DNA from: a virus
Lineage: Duplodnaviria > Caudoviricetes
Direction: 5' to 3' (one strand)
DNA: 33,254 nucleotides
IMG/VR virus record: IMGVR_UViG_3300020044_001617
Location: 1 to 33,254 of that record
Each line of letters begins with the position of its first letter. Positions within the stretch are counted from its first letter, which is position 1. Positions 23,815-33,254 of the stretch are shown here, piece after piece. The notes below the pieces were generated by a model. That model was not told the DNA's origin. It did no database searches and worked only from the letters and a program-made list of their open reading frames with translations. The translations under genes were made by a program, and so were the position numbers.

Positions 23815-25761
23815 TTATTTAATCTTGTTGAAGTCTATTACTTTTGTGCCTGTTCCGGAAGTACTTTGTGGCAATGTGCCGATCCCACCGCCCCCAAGAA
23901 TATTTGCAGCCAAGGTTGCTTGTTGGGTTCTTAAGTCGGCTAAATCAGTTTTATATTTAGCAACTTTTTCTGCATCTTTTGGAGTTCCATCTGGATTCGT
24001 ATTATATTTAATAGCTTGATCAAGTCCAGCAATACGCGATTCCAATTTTTTATACGGATCAGAATTACTTAACTTTAATCTGTTTGCGGTATCCACATTT
24101 GCAAGAGTTGCAGCAAGCTTTTGATTAGCCATATCTGCTTTTACGCTGGCAATTTCAAGTTTAGCGTCAACGTTAGCCATACCTACTTTGTACTGCATGT
24201 CTTGACCACGAGATTGAACATCATAGCCATACAAGCTAACTGCGGTTTTTAAAGTGTCACCAAGAATGGCTTGTGCAATTTTTGCATCTTCGCCTGTAAG
24301 CCTCATGATGAGGTCTAGCATTTTTTCTCTGGTTTCTTTTTCTTTTGCTTTAGCCGCACGAACAGTGCTGGCTGTGCCAACACGTTGTGCTTCCGCAGTA
24401 GTTTGAATGTCTGTTAATAGTTTGTTTTGCGCATTTGCAAATCGCTCATCTTCCATCAAAGCAGCTGACTTATTGGCAATATCGCGCTCTACCACTTGGC
24501 TCCAGTTTGCACCGGGACGTGAGTAGGCAGCAAGTTGCGCCATAAAGTCACGTTGTCCACGACCAGCTTCAATTTTGGCTTGACGCGCTTTGTTGTCTTC
24601 ATACATCTGTTGTTGCTGCTTAGCAAACGTACCAATACCAAGCGTTTTCTGTAACTCAAGTTCATCTTCAATCAATTTGCTTTGCGGTGTTGTCACCATG
24701 TTAGCGCGAGCTTCTTCAATTAATTTGCCAAACTGATTACGTTCTGGCATGTTGTACATTTGATTAATGAGAGTCTCTATACCAGCGGTTGCACTAGCTG
24801 CTGGCGGTGCGGGAGGCGCTGGCGGTTTACCTGTATTAATACCTGTATTTACAGCAGGTGGTGGAGGTGGCGGAACGTTTCTATTAGGCTGCAAAGCAGG
24901 ATTCATATTCTGCGCTGCTGAAGGATTAGCTGCTAAACGCGCAAGCTTTTGACTTTCTGGGTCAGCAGCAATAACCGCTTGCTGCGCTTGTTGTTGTGCC
25001 GCTTCTCTGCTGGTTGGCTGGCGCAACATATCTGTAAAAGGAGTCGGGCTAAAACGGAACTTACCGCCAACTTGACCATCAGTCTGTGTATTGACGTTTT
25101 CTCCTGTTAAAGCACTGCCTATACGGTTTAAAAAACCTTCCGTGCCACCAGCCGCATCAGCTAGTAAATTATAGCCAGCAGCTACAGGTAACTGAACAAT
25201 ATCTCCTACAGCAGCAAGCGGCTCTAACAACGCTCTGCGATCAGCTTCTCTTTGTCTTGCCTTTGCTTCTTCTTCATCTTTGACCAACTGTTTCTTTTCT
25301 TTTTCTGGGTTGGCAAACGTAACAATGCCACCGGGGGCAAAGTTAAACATCTCAGAGTCTACGGGCGCACTGGCTACACCGTAGTCAGCTTCAGCTTGCG
25401 CTTGGGGTTGCGTAATTCCTTCAGGAACTGGCATCCGTGGTTGGCTTGCTTGCTGCTGCATTTGCTGAGCAGCTTGGCGTTGTTGAGCAGATTGCAATGC
25501 AGCAAGCCCTGCGGCTTGTTGAATCTTGTCTGAGATTGTGCCTTGAGGCGAATTCTCTTGCGCTTGCTGTGCTTGTGAACCAGCTTGATTTTGCAAAGCT
25601 TTAGTCAGTTGCTCCAAGCGGCTTTCAACTAGAAAGCGAACAAACGGAGAACCGGGGTTACGCGAAAGGTCAGTCAGATACTCAATAGACTGCGCATTGA
25701 CTGGCAAGTCTTTTAAAGAATCTAATTGCTTTTGATAGTCAATTTGACCGGGTTGAATCAT
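23815..25761 (-). CDS. Probable internal virion / DNA ejection protein (648 aa)
   Basis: Ala/Gln-rich, helical, Cys-free, with an FAPGGIVTFA motif; position next to the large ejection protein. Confidence 0.65.
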   Translation of the reverse strand: MIQPGQIDYQKQLDSLKDLPVNAQSIEYLTDLSRNPGSPFVRFLVESRLEQLTKALQNQAGSQAQQAQENSPQGTISDKIQQAAGLAALQSAQQRQAAQQMQQQASQPRMPVPEGITQPQAQAEADYGVASAPVDSEMFNFAPGGIVTFANPEKEKKQLVKDEEEAKARQREADRRALLEPLAAVGDIVQLPVAAGYNLLADAAGGTEGFLNRIGSALTGENVNTQTDGQVGGKFRFSPTPFTDMLRQPTSREAAQQQAQQAVIAADPESQKLARLAANPSAAQNMNPALQPNRNVPPPPPPAVNTGINTGKPPAPPAPPAASATAGIETLINQMYNMPERNQFGKLIEEARANMVTTPQSKLIEDELELQKTLGIGTFAKQQQQMYEDNKARQAKIEAGRGQRDFMAQLAAYSRPGANWSQVVERDIANKSAALMEDERFANAQNKLLTDIQTTAEAQRVGTASTVRAAKAKEKETREKMLDLIMRLTGEDAKIAQAILGDTLKTAVSLYGYDVQSRGQDMQYKVGMANVDAKLEIASVKADMANQKLAATLANVDTANRLKLSNSDPYKKLESRIAGLDQAIKYNTNPDGTPKDAEKVAKYKTDLADLRTQQATLAANILGGGGIGTLPQSTSGTGTKVIDFNKIK

Positions 25762-25770
25762 GATTTATCC

Positions 25771-26700
25771 TTAACCTTTAGGAATAACGCCAAGGTTTTG
25801 CAACATTCCATATACAGTTTGCATACCACCCACTGCCTGTTGTGCAGCAGTTTGAGACTGCGGAATATTAGACACCGTAGAAAGTGGCAAGCCCTGCAAC
25901 ATTGACTGCAAGTATTGTGTTTGCTTCATTGGATAATCACGTTGCGCCAAGAACTCGTTGTAGTCAGCGGTAATGCCTTCTTGTTCAATGCCGCGTTGTT
26001 GCGCGCCAGCCGTACCCATCAGATCAGCCAGAGTCTTAGCTTGACCTTGCTCAGTATTGAACTGTTGCATAGCTTTATCAAAAGCATTAGCGTAGCCCGT
26101 ACCAATAGCTTGGTTCTGTTGTTGCAACAAATTGCGATTAGCTTCTGACTCCATAATCGCTTGGCGACCACCACCATAACCACCAGCTTGAGTCATCTTA
26201 GCCAGATTGGGTTGCAAATTTAATTGTGATTGGCGACGCAACTCTTCCAACTGAGGCTGAAGCACTGACTGCAAATACGGGTTCATGTATTGAGAAGCTA
26301 TGCCTAATGGAGCAGTAGTAGATTGACCTCCGCCTGTACCAGAAGCGCCTGTTGTACCCATCGGGGTAGCACCAGCACCCGTGCCGATAGGTTGATTAGC
26401 AAATGTATTAGGAGCCATTCCGGGCGGTTGGTAGGCACTTCCAGAACTAAATGACTGCCCTAATTGATTGGGAAAACTCAAACCCCCAAGCCCTTGAAAC
26501 ATTTTGTTTTGCAAACCAGACTCACCCGCTGTCATCGGGCCTTGGTATGTCTGGTAAGGAGTATTGGAAATTGCTTGAGCTTTACCCAACATGTCCGTTA
26601 CATACGGCCCCGCCCACTCGGACAGAGTAGACATGTTGGCGGATCCTGCCATTGGAGAGCCAGAAGAACCCGGTGTTGGTGTTGTAGATGGTGTGGTCAT
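25771..26700 (-). CDS. Probable internal virion / DNA transfer protein (309 aa)
   Basis: Gln/Gly/Ala-rich; YMNPYLQSV and AGGYGGGRQAIMESE motifs typical of podoviral pilot/transfer proteins; AAGGA RBS. Confidence 0.7.
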   Translation of the reverse strand: MTTPSTTPTPGSSGSPMAGSANMSTLSEWAGPYVTDMLGKAQAISNTPYQTYQGPMTAGESGLQNKMFQGLGGLSFPNQLGQSFSSGSAYQPPGMAPNTFANQPIGTGAGATPMGTTGASGTGGGQSTTAPLGIASQYMNPYLQSVLQPQLEELRRQSQLNLQPNLAKMTQAGGYGGGRQAIMESEANRNLLQQQNQAIGTGYANAFDKAMQQFNTEQGQAKTLADLMGTAGAQQRGIEQEGITADYNEFLAQRDYPMKQTQYLQSMLQGLPLSTVSNIPQSQTAAQQAVGGMQTVYGMLQNLGVIPKG

Positions 26701-26709
26701 ACGTAATCC

Positions 26710-27582
26710 TTAACTAGGAAGATATTTGTCTGCCTTAGTGTTGGCAGCAACATTTTTAATAGATTTCTTACGGGCCCCTTGAATACGATCCATCATGGCG
26801 TATAACTTTTTAGCGCCAGCTTCTGTAGAACCGTTGCCAATCTCAGACACTATACGTGCAGGAATCACAAACTCTCCATCAGCCAAACGTGCTGGCCGCT
26901 TGCCACCAATAGTAGCAGGAATAGAGTCAGACACACCATCTCCGGGGCCGCGTAATAAACGACCACCATCTGAGTATCCGCCCAATGCAGAAATACCGCT
27001 AGGCATCATGCCGCCGCCAGCCGCCTTAACTTCAGGAAGAAACTGAGCCGCATTTTTAGGCGTAACGTCACCAGTAGGCGCGGCTTGTACAACAGTAGGC
27101 GTGTAAGTCATTGGGGAAAAATACGTAACTCCACCAGAACCGGGACGACGTGGGGCAGTTGTTGCAGCGGTAGCGGGGATCGCCGCCTGAGTTGCCGTAG
27201 CCGGAACAGCGGCTCTAGCTGGTACAGGCACAGTTTGTGGGATGTCTTTCATTTCGCGTGTAGCCGTGTACTTAGGGATACCGCCTGTGTAGCCTTTATA
27301 TACGCCTTGACCTGTTTGACCAAGACCACCACCCAGCGCATTTATCAAACTGTATAAACCAGCAACACCAGCAAGTTGCCCTGCTTTACCTTGTTCGCCT
27401 GTGCCTGAGAGCAGTTTGGTAATTAAACTTATAGGATTAGAAGAGCCAGAATCGGCGCCTGTAATTTTAGCAAACAATTGATCATTAGTAAGGTAATTAT
27501 TACCAAAGTCTGCCGTGGTAGTAGAGCTAGGGTCAATTCCAATACTTGTTAAAAAATCGTTATACCATTCAGTATCACCCAT
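26710..27582 (-). CDS. Virion-associated protein with C-terminal GPGDGxSDSIPA...LADGEFV domain (290 aa)
   Basis: GGRLLRGPGDGVSDSIPATI...ARLADGEFVIPA resembles the GPGTGTSDSI...LSNGEFV motif of tape-measure/virion proteins. Confidence 0.7.
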   Translation of the reverse strand: MGDTEWYNDFLTSIGIDPSSTTTADFGNNYLTNDQLFAKITGADSGSSNPISLITKLLSGTGEQGKAGQLAGVAGLYSLINALGGGLGQTGQGVYKGYTGGIPKYTATREMKDIPQTVPVPARAAVPATATQAAIPATAATTAPRRPGSGGVTYFSPMTYTPTVVQAAPTGDVTPKNAAQFLPEVKAAGGGMMPSGISALGGYSDGGRLLRGPGDGVSDSIPATIGGKRPARLADGEFVIPARIVSEIGNGSTEAGAKKLYAMMDRIQGARKKSIKNVAANTKADKYLPS

Positions 27583-27583
27583 A

Positions 27584-30500
27584 TTAACCCCTCAAAATTT
27601 TAATTAAGTCATCAAATGACGTAGTTTCGCCCATGAGCTTATCGGCAACATCTAGGGCTGTATTTTGCTTGCTTTTTGCTTCTTCGGCAAGCTGTTCTAT
27701 CTCTGCGCCGGGTTTAGTCACACTAAGCGGTTTGTACTCTTCTTCGATCAACTCACCTTCTTTGGTAACTTTTTGCTTCTTAGACCCAAATTCCTTGCCG
27801 TAATAAAACACGTTGGCAAGTTGCGGGATGCCAGCAGCGGCAAGTGCTTGTTGCACCTGCGGAAAGTTTAAGCCTAAATCTTTACCAGTTGGCGTTACGG
27901 TAGGCGTTGGCGTAGGCGTAGTTTTTGGAGTAACTACTGGAGTCACGACCGGAGTCACAACAGGCGTAACTATAGGCGTAACTATAGGCGTAACTATTGG
28001 GGTCACAATAGGCGTAACCACAGGCGTAACCACAGGCGTAACCACAGGCGTATAGATTGGCGTGTAAGTCGGCGTGTAAGTCGGCGTGTAAGTCGGCGTG
28101 TAAGTTGGCGTGTAAGTTGGCGTGTAAGTTGGCGTGTAAGTTGGCGTGTAAGTTGGCGTATAGGTCGGAGTACTTGTTGGACTCACAGTCGGAGACACCG
28201 TTGGAGACACCGTTGGAGACACCGTTGGAGACACCGTTGGACTCACAGTCGGAGACACCGTTGGAGACACCGTTGGAGACACCGTTGGACTCACAGTCGG
28301 ACTCACAGTCGGAGACACCGTTGGACTCACAGTCGGAGACACCGTTGGACTCACAGTCGGAGACACCGTTGGGGTACTAGTTGGGGTACTTGTTGGAGTA
28401 CTTGTTGGAGTACTTGTTGGAGTACTTGTTGGAGTACTTGTTGGAGTACTTGTTGGAGTACTTGTTGGAGTACTTGTTGGGGTACTTGTTGGACTTACAG
28501 TCGGAGATACCGTTGGGCTTACTGTAGGAGTATTAGGGTCTTCAGTAGGCGTTGCTATAGGCGTAAAAGGATCTACGGGTGTTCTTGTAGGCGTTGCCGT
28601 TGGAGTGGCAGTTGGCGTACTTGTTGGAGTTACTGTAGGCGCAACTGTAGGTGTTGATACAGGCGATACAGTAGGTGTTGATATAGGCGATACAGTAGGC
28701 GTATACGTTGGACTAGCGGTCGGAGTACTTGTTGGAGTACTTGTTGGAGTACTTGTTGGAGTACTTGTTGGAGTACTTGTTGGAGTACTTGTTGGAGTAC
28801 TAGTTGGAGTACTTGTTGGAGTACTAGTTGGAGTACTTGTTGGAGTACTTGTTGGAGTACTTGTTGGCGATGCCGTAGGCGTGGCCGGATTGTAAGGAGG
28901 CCATGTATTTGGTTTTCGCGGATCAAAATCCGGAAATAATGGATCATCAAAAGGATATGTTGAAGGATCCGCAGGATCAAAAATACGACGAATTGGGCCG
29001 GGCGTAGCAGCGGGCGCAACAGTAGGCGTAGCCGCAGGAGATGCAGTTGGGGTAGCGGTAGGCGAAACTGGAGACGCGGCTGGGGTAGCAGTAGGCGAAG
29101 TTGTAGGTGTAGGTTTCTCAGTAGGCGTTACTGTAGGCGTTGACGGTATAACACCGGGCGGCAATCCGGGAGGCTCAAACCCTAAAATCCTGTAATAGTC
29201 TCTTAGAGTAACAGGATTTCCATCTTCGTCAGTATAGTAAATTTCATCTAATGTACGTTGCCAATTCTGAATTTCTTCAGTTGTATCTGTGTAATCCCCC
29301 GGTTGAACAATGTAGGGAGTAACTGTAGGCGAGACTGTAGCGGGCGTAACAACTGTAGGCGTAACAACTGTGGGCGTAATAACTGTTGGTGTAACAGTTG
29401 GAGTAATAGTAGGCGTAAAGCCAGTTGGTATTTGATTTACCAAATCTGAATTTACAGTACCAACTTTATCCAGCGTGCCTTCACCCATTAGGAATCTTGG
29501 AATAGACGCGGCTGTAAATAAACCTGACGCAATTAAAATATCTTTTACTGTAGTGCCAAATTGAGCTTGATTAGCTGCATTACGTATTACTTGCTGCCCA
29601 ACTGGAGACTCAACTAATTTAAGTACAGCAGCCGCAGCCGTTTGGGGGGCTACAGCAAGAAGCGCCAAACCAGCCGTTGGTTCAGATACTTCGCCTTTTA
29701 AAGTGGCAACTAAACGGTCAACATCGGCATCTCCCGTGCCCGGAAACAACGCAGCAAAATCACTAGCGCGTACCTCATTGCCCTCTGCATCAATGTAAAG
29801 TACATCATCATTATCAACCGCCGCTACAGTTGTTGGAGTTACGGTTGTTGGAGTTACAGTTGTTGGAGTTACAGTTGTAGAATTAGCGGTATAGTTTTTA
29901 ACAAAATTACCAAATGATGCGGTAGCGTTTGCAATACCCGCTAAATCACCGGTAGCTTCAAATCTATTGATAGCATTGATGTAGTTACTAGCCGCTGCCG
30001 CTAACTTTAAGTCACTGCTTTTTGTCAGATCACCTGCCGCATTCAATATGCCTGTGGTGTCGTTATTGGCAATAGCATTACCAAAATTTAAAATGTTTAC
30101 GCCTGTACGTAATTCGGTTGGCAGTGTTGCACCGGCAAATTTAACACCAGAATTAATCAGTCCTATTACATCGTTGTTGATAGCAGAATTTACAACATTT
30201 GCAACATCTCTAGCAGTTCCAATAGTGCCCGCATTTTGGGCAAGCCAACTGTTGTTATAAAGGTTTAGTGCCTCATCAAATTTACCAGCGTTTGCCAATG
30301 CATCAATTTCAGCTATGGCATTTCCAGACAAACCAGAAGCGGCAGACAAACCACTAAGCGCAGCTTGCATCCACTGCCCGTTACTCGCGGCTTTTGCAGC
30401 GTTAAATGCTTGAATATATGGCGCAGCCGCTGGGTAGGCCAATGACACAAAAGCCATAGCCAAAGGCATTACTGTGTCTCTAAATTGAACCCATTCACTT

Positions 30501-32107
30501 TGGGTTCCAGATGTAGTTGGAAGAACTAATCCAGTAGCTGTAGTTTGCAGCGTGTAGTTAGTCTGGTGGTTGCCAACCGTTGTACCTTGTAAATTGACTG
30601 ATTTGCCAGTTTTGGTGTTGTAAAACTCAGTGGTTTGATTACCTTCGGAGTCTGTAACAGTACGCTCTTTAAGATCAGAAAGACTTTCAACTCCTTGTGC
30701 TCTAAGTTTTTGAGTTAGATCCCAAATCATTGCCTCTTTTGATCCAAGACCGCCTTCACTTCTTTCCGCCGCGCCTCCAGTATAAGCACTAGCCATACCG
30801 GGCATGTTGGAAATACTATTGACTTGATCAAACAAAGTTTTGTCAGCGCCAGAAGCTGTAGCCCAAGCTGGGCCAGCAGTCTGATAGACCCCATCAGCAT
30901 TTTTAACTATGCCCCACATCTGCAAGCGCCAAGGCTCCCAGTTATCAAGATCGTAGTCATGAACATCCCCATACCCGGGGATATTAAGTACGTCTGTTTT
31001 TCCCCTACCACGAGAATTAAACGTATCAACAACCGCTAAATTTGTAAGCGTAGAAGTTGGCGTAACAGTGGGAGTTACTGTAGGTGTAGCAGTCGGAGTT
31101 ACGACTGGAGTAGCAATAGGGGCTACTGTAGGTGTAGTGGTCGGAGTTACGGTTGGTGTAGTACCTAAAAACCCTTGCACATACTTTGTATATGGATCAT
31201 TGGGATTGTCGGCAATATACCTGCTAACAGCGCCTTGGAATGTAGACGCAAAGTCTGCTGGTTTAATTGCGCCAGACTTTAATGCGTTTACAAAATTGTC
31301 GTAACCTGCTTGGTCAATTTGGTTTGTTGCAGTACCAATGCCAGAGCGCCCAATAGTTGCATACGCATCACGAACCATTTGGTCATAATTTGGGCCTGCA
31401 TCTACTGTAGTTGGAGTTACAAGCGTAGCTATACCAGTTACGGTTGGAGTAACCGTTGTAGGCGTTACTGTTGTAGGCGTTACTGTTGTAGGCGTTACTG
31501 TTGTAGGCGTTACTGTGGTTGGAGTTACTGTGGTTGGAGTAACCGTTGTAGGCGTTACTGTAGTAGGCGTTACTGTAGTAGGTCTATACGGAGTAAAAAC
31601 ATCGTTAATTTGAGCGTCAGTTAGCCCCATAGCCCTAAATTGCGTAATTAGGTCGTTGGTAGCATCTTTTCCGCCAAAAACATCGTACACATTTTCGTAA
31701 TTAAAAGTAGTTGTACTAGGTGTTGGCGATAGAGTAATAGTTTCTGTAGTACTAGTTGTAGGCGTTGAGGTGACAGTTGTAGGCGTTGAGGTGACAGTTG
31801 TTGGTGTAGATGTACCAAACGTAGTAGTGTCAGTAAATGTTGGCGTTACAGTCGCAATTCCAGTAGGTGTTACTGTAGTTGGAGTTAGGGTTGCAATTCC
31901 AGTAGGCGTTGGTGTTGGTGTTGGTGTAAGACGGCTTTGAGCCGCTTCAACGTCTGCCGCAGTAAGGCCATACTGATTTAATGCAGCCTGCCTATCAGCA
32001 GCACTTGCGCCGGGAAATTGAGACGACCAGTTATTGATGTTGTTGTAAACATCGTCTTCAGTCATCCCGTTGGCTAACGCCCATTGCATTCCTTCTGAAA
32101 GCGCCAT
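27584..32107 (-). CDS. Large Thr/Pro-rich mucin-like repeat protein in the virion operon (1507 aa)
   Basis: Uninterrupted 4.5-kb ORF tightly packed between virion genes; synonymous third-position variation among the repeats indicates coding in this frame. Confidence 0.85.
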   Translation of the reverse strand: MALSEGMQWALANGMTEDDVYNNINNWSSQFPGASAADRQAALNQYGLTAADVEAAQSRLTPTPTPTPTGIATLTPTTVTPTGIATVTPTFTDTTTFGTSTPTTVTSTPTTVTSTPTTSTTETITLSPTPSTTTFNYENVYDVFGGKDATNDLITQFRAMGLTDAQINDVFTPYRPTTVTPTTVTPTTVTPTTVTPTTVTPTTVTPTTVTPTTVTPTTVTPTVTGIATLVTPTTVDAGPNYDQMVRDAYATIGRSGIGTATNQIDQAGYDNFVNALKSGAIKPADFASTFQGAVSRYIADNPNDPYTKYVQGFLGTTPTVTPTTTPTVAPIATPVVTPTATPTVTPTVTPTSTLTNLAVVDTFNSRGRGKTDVLNIPGYGDVHDYDLDNWEPWRLQMWGIVKNADGVYQTAGPAWATASGADKTLFDQVNSISNMPGMASAYTGGAAERSEGGLGSKEAMIWDLTQKLRAQGVESLSDLKERTVTDSEGNQTTEFYNTKTGKSVNLQGTTVGNHQTNYTLQTTATGLVLPTTSGTQSEWVQFRDTVMPLAMAFVSLAYPAAAPYIQAFNAAKAASNGQWMQAALSGLSAASGLSGNAIAEIDALANAGKFDEALNLYNNSWLAQNAGTIGTARDVANVVNSAINNDVIGLINSGVKFAGATLPTELRTGVNILNFGNAIANNDTTGILNAAGDLTKSSDLKLAAAASNYINAINRFEATGDLAGIANATASFGNFVKNYTANSTTVTPTTVTPTTVTPTTVAAVDNDDVLYIDAEGNEVRASDFAALFPGTGDADVDRLVATLKGEVSEPTAGLALLAVAPQTAAAAVLKLVESPVGQQVIRNAANQAQFGTTVKDILIASGLFTAASIPRFLMGEGTLDKVGTVNSDLVNQIPTGFTPTITPTVTPTVITPTVVTPTVVTPATVSPTVTPYIVQPGDYTDTTEEIQNWQRTLDEIYYTDEDGNPVTLRDYYRILGFEPPGLPPGVIPSTPTVTPTEKPTPTTSPTATPAASPVSPTATPTASPAATPTVAPAATPGPIRRIFDPADPSTYPFDDPLFPDFDPRKPNTWPPYNPATPTASPTSTPTSTPTSTPTSTPTSTPTSTPTSTPTSTPTSTPTSTPTSTPTSTPTASPTYTPTVSPISTPTVSPVSTPTVAPTVTPTSTPTATPTATPTRTPVDPFTPIATPTEDPNTPTVSPTVSPTVSPTSTPTSTPTSTPTSTPTSTPTSTPTSTPTSTPTSTPTSTPTVSPTVSPTVSPTVSPTVSPTVSPTVSPTVSPTVSPTVSPTVSPTVSPTVSPTVSPTVSPTVSPTSTPTYTPTYTPTYTPTYTPTYTPTYTPTYTPTYTPTYTPIYTPVVTPVVTPVVTPIVTPIVTPIVTPIVTPVVTPVVTPVVTPKTTPTPTPTVTPTGKDLGLNFPQVQQALAAAGIPQLANVFYYGKEFGSKKQKVTKEGELIEEEYKPLSVTKPGAEIEQLAEEAKSKQNTALDVADKLMGETTSFDDLIKILRG
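27927..28490 (-). repeat. Continuous 12-bp-period coding tandem array, 47 units in blocks: 11x TP[VI][VY], 9x TPTY, 1x TPTS, 16x SPTV, 10x TPTS
   Basis: + strand units GGCGTAACCACA/GGCGTAACTATA (27927-28058), GGCGTGTAAGTY (28059-28166), GGAGACACCGTT/GGACTCACAGTC (28179-28370), GGAGTACTTGTT (28371-28490). Confidence 0.95.
28722..28865 (-). repeat. 12 copies of the 12-bp unit GGAGTACTWGTT encoding (TPTS)n
   Basis: Direct count of near-perfect units. Confidence 0.95.
31446..31580 (-). repeat. 9 copies of a 15-bp unit encoding (TTVTP)n; three further copies near 29826-29880
   Basis: GGCGTTACTGTTGTA and its synonymous variants. Confidence 0.92.
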
Positions 32108-32116
32108 CTTTGTACC

Positions 32117-32776
32117 TTAAGGCAAAGCCGAAACAAAAGACATTGTAGCCACTACCGACTGCGTAGATGGGCGAGTTGGACTTACCGATGTTGGGTATGC
32201 CTGAATAGTTACAGCCGCATCAGTAGTTGACCAATAAATTTCCACATACTGCCCAGCCGTCATACTAAGATAGTAATTCCAACCAACAATCTCATGTGCT
32301 TCTTGCCCTGCTGATGCGCTTTTTCTTGCAGGGATAGATACATAACCTGTTGATCCCGGAATGTCTACGCCGTTTTGCTTGAGCCAAATACTCATGTCGT
32401 GGATGGCGTTACTTGTATTCTGAAACTGCGTACTGAACTGTAGGTTGTAAATCCCAGCATTTGCTACAGTAATCTTAGAGCTTGCAATGCTGACACCGTT
32501 GGCAAAGTCTGTGGTGTTGAGCGTCATCAACGTAGCCGTATTAGCTGTTGTTGTTTGATCCTGATCGCTGGAAAAAGCCCCATACGGCAATCGTATGCCT
32601 GCCCCGCCAGAAGAAGTATTTAACTGCCCCGTCAGAGCATCAAGCCTGTTGAAATACAGACGCAAGATGTTTAACATCTGATCAAAATATTGACGGTTGT
32701 ACTCTTCTGGAGGTAGCGGCATATTAGGTGCGGCTACCTTGTTCAGTTCAAAGTCTGATGTAATGATGAAGCTCAT
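32117..32776 (-). CDS. Tail-associated protein with N-terminal coiled segment and C1q/TNF(BclA)-like beta-sandwich head (219 aa)
   Basis: APNMPLPPEEY...LRLYFNRLD, then YGAF...ITVANAGIYNLQFSTQF...L.MTAGQYVEIYW, a C1q/TNF-like strand pattern. Confidence 0.6.
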   Translation of the reverse strand: MSFIITSDFELNKVAAPNMPLPPEEYNRQYFDQMLNILRLYFNRLDALTGQLNTSSGGAGIRLPYGAFSSDQDQTTTANTATLMTLNTTDFANGVSIASSKITVANAGIYNLQFSTQFQNTSNAIHDMSIWLKQNGVDIPGSTGYVSIPARKSASAGQEAHEIVGWNYYLSMTAGQYVEIYWSTTDAAVTIQAYPTSVSPTRPSTQSVVATMSFVSALP

Positions 32777-33254
32777 CGTCTTCCATCCGGTCTAATGTCA
32801 ATACGGGTAGAACCCAACTGCCATGTTGTGCCAAGGTTAGAAGAAGCAACTTTTAAGATAAGCTGACGACCACGCACCCGTGTGTTGATCTGGCCTGTAA
32901 AGCCTTCAGTCACTGTGTACGAAGCACCTGTCAGTTTATTTACGTTACCCGTTACAGCTGTGCCAGTACCAGAGCCAGAATTTTGCATAGGGTATAACGT
33001 GTAAACAACTTCTGGTGTAGGAGCCACGTCTGATCCTGAGAACGTCAAATCAGGTAGCATTCTCCAAACAAAACCAAACCTGTCGCCATCATCAATATCA
33101 AACTCAGAGGATGAGATATAAGCGTTTATACCAGCTGGCGTACCAGTAGTGTTGTCATCTAGGCCGTATTCATGGTTGACTAAGTTGTAATCATAAGTAG
33201 CGGCAATAGGGTAGTCCCGCAGGCCAGAATCTAGCCAAGCCGTTCTTTCCATCG
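32773..33254 (-). CDS. C-terminal part of a podoviral tail/packaged-DNA stabilisation protein (P22 gp10 / tubular B-like); 5' truncated
   Basis: RTAWLD...AYISSSEFDI.DGD.F....RMLPD...RVRGRQ....W.LG..R.D.RPDGRR; its stop overlaps the next ATG (ATGA). Confidence 0.7.
   Translation of the reverse strand, partial: MERTAWLDSGLRDYPIAATYDYNLVNHEYGLDDNTTGTPAGINAYISSSEFDIDDGDRFGFVWRMLPDLTFSGSDVAPTPEVVYTLYPMQNSGSGTGTAVTGNVNKLTGASYTVTEGFTGQINTRVRGRQLILKVASSNLGTTWQLGSTRIDIRPDGRR

Larger units (their letters stand above)
1..33254. mobile_element. Tailed dsDNA bacteriophage genome segment (replication arm on +, virion/ejection arm on -)
   Basis: Dense operonic phage-type gene set (PolA, primase-helicase, VRR-NUC, HNH, DUF3310, tail and internal virion proteins) with no cellular housekeeping genes. 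No integrase or att site is seen, so free phage versus prophage is not resolved. Confidence 0.95.

Noticed and set aside
17055-27357. Numerous 60-150 aa + strand ORFs opposite the virion genes (and - strand ORFs opposite the replication genes)
   Set aside because: Antisense shadows of long genes with no RBS or recognisable motifs.
27927-28865. Possible CRISPR array or iteron origin (regular short repeats)
   Set aside because: The units are contiguous 12-mers with no unique spacers and vary at synonymous positions of the - strand ORF, so they are coding repeats.
27813-29019. Alternative-frame ORFs such as 28057-28380 (MACKSACK...), 28605-28895 (VLVG repeats) and 28630-29019 (VLQQ repeats)
   Set aside because: Shadow frames kept open by the stop-free tandem repeats; no RBS or operon context.
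1-33254. Alternative genetic code, diversity-generating retroelement, intein or integrase
   Set aside because: Standard-code ORFs tile both arms without gaps. No reverse transcriptase, TR/VR pair, intein motifs or recombinase motifs were seen in this window.

Overview
The whole window is part of a tailed dsDNA phage genome, probably podovirus-like. It resembles uncultured freshwater betaproteobacterial phages from memory, but the host cannot be proven from the sequence. There are two convergent arms that meet at overlapping stop codons at 17048-17051. The + strand (1-17051) is an early/replication arm. It carries a truncated probable AAA ATPase, a zincin-VWA (DUF2201-type) protein, unknown genes, a VRR-NUC nuclease, a chain of translationally coupled micro-ORFs and an HTH-DUF3310 protein. 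These are followed by a family A DNA polymerase (Leu762 type), a Cas4-like PD-(D/E)XK exonuclease, an AT-rich SAM methyltransferase, an HNH-like protein, a SNF2-like helicase, an SSB-like protein, an HTH protein and an AEP primase-DUF927 helicase. The - strand (17048-33254) is a virion arm. It carries a tail/stabilisation protein (partial), a C1q/TNF-like tail protein, a 1507-aa mucin-like Thr/Pro-repeat protein, three probable internal/ejection proteins and a 2251-aa LPD38-type polyvalent protein with a zincin motif. The strongest unexplained signal is a ~180-nt highly structured, probably pseudoknotted non-coding RNA with its own sigma70-type promoter (10578-10760). It ends in a T-loop hairpin and exposes an anti-Shine-Dalgarno loop that is complementary to ribosome-binding sites of phage genes. 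All family assignments come from motif recognition by eye; no searches were run.
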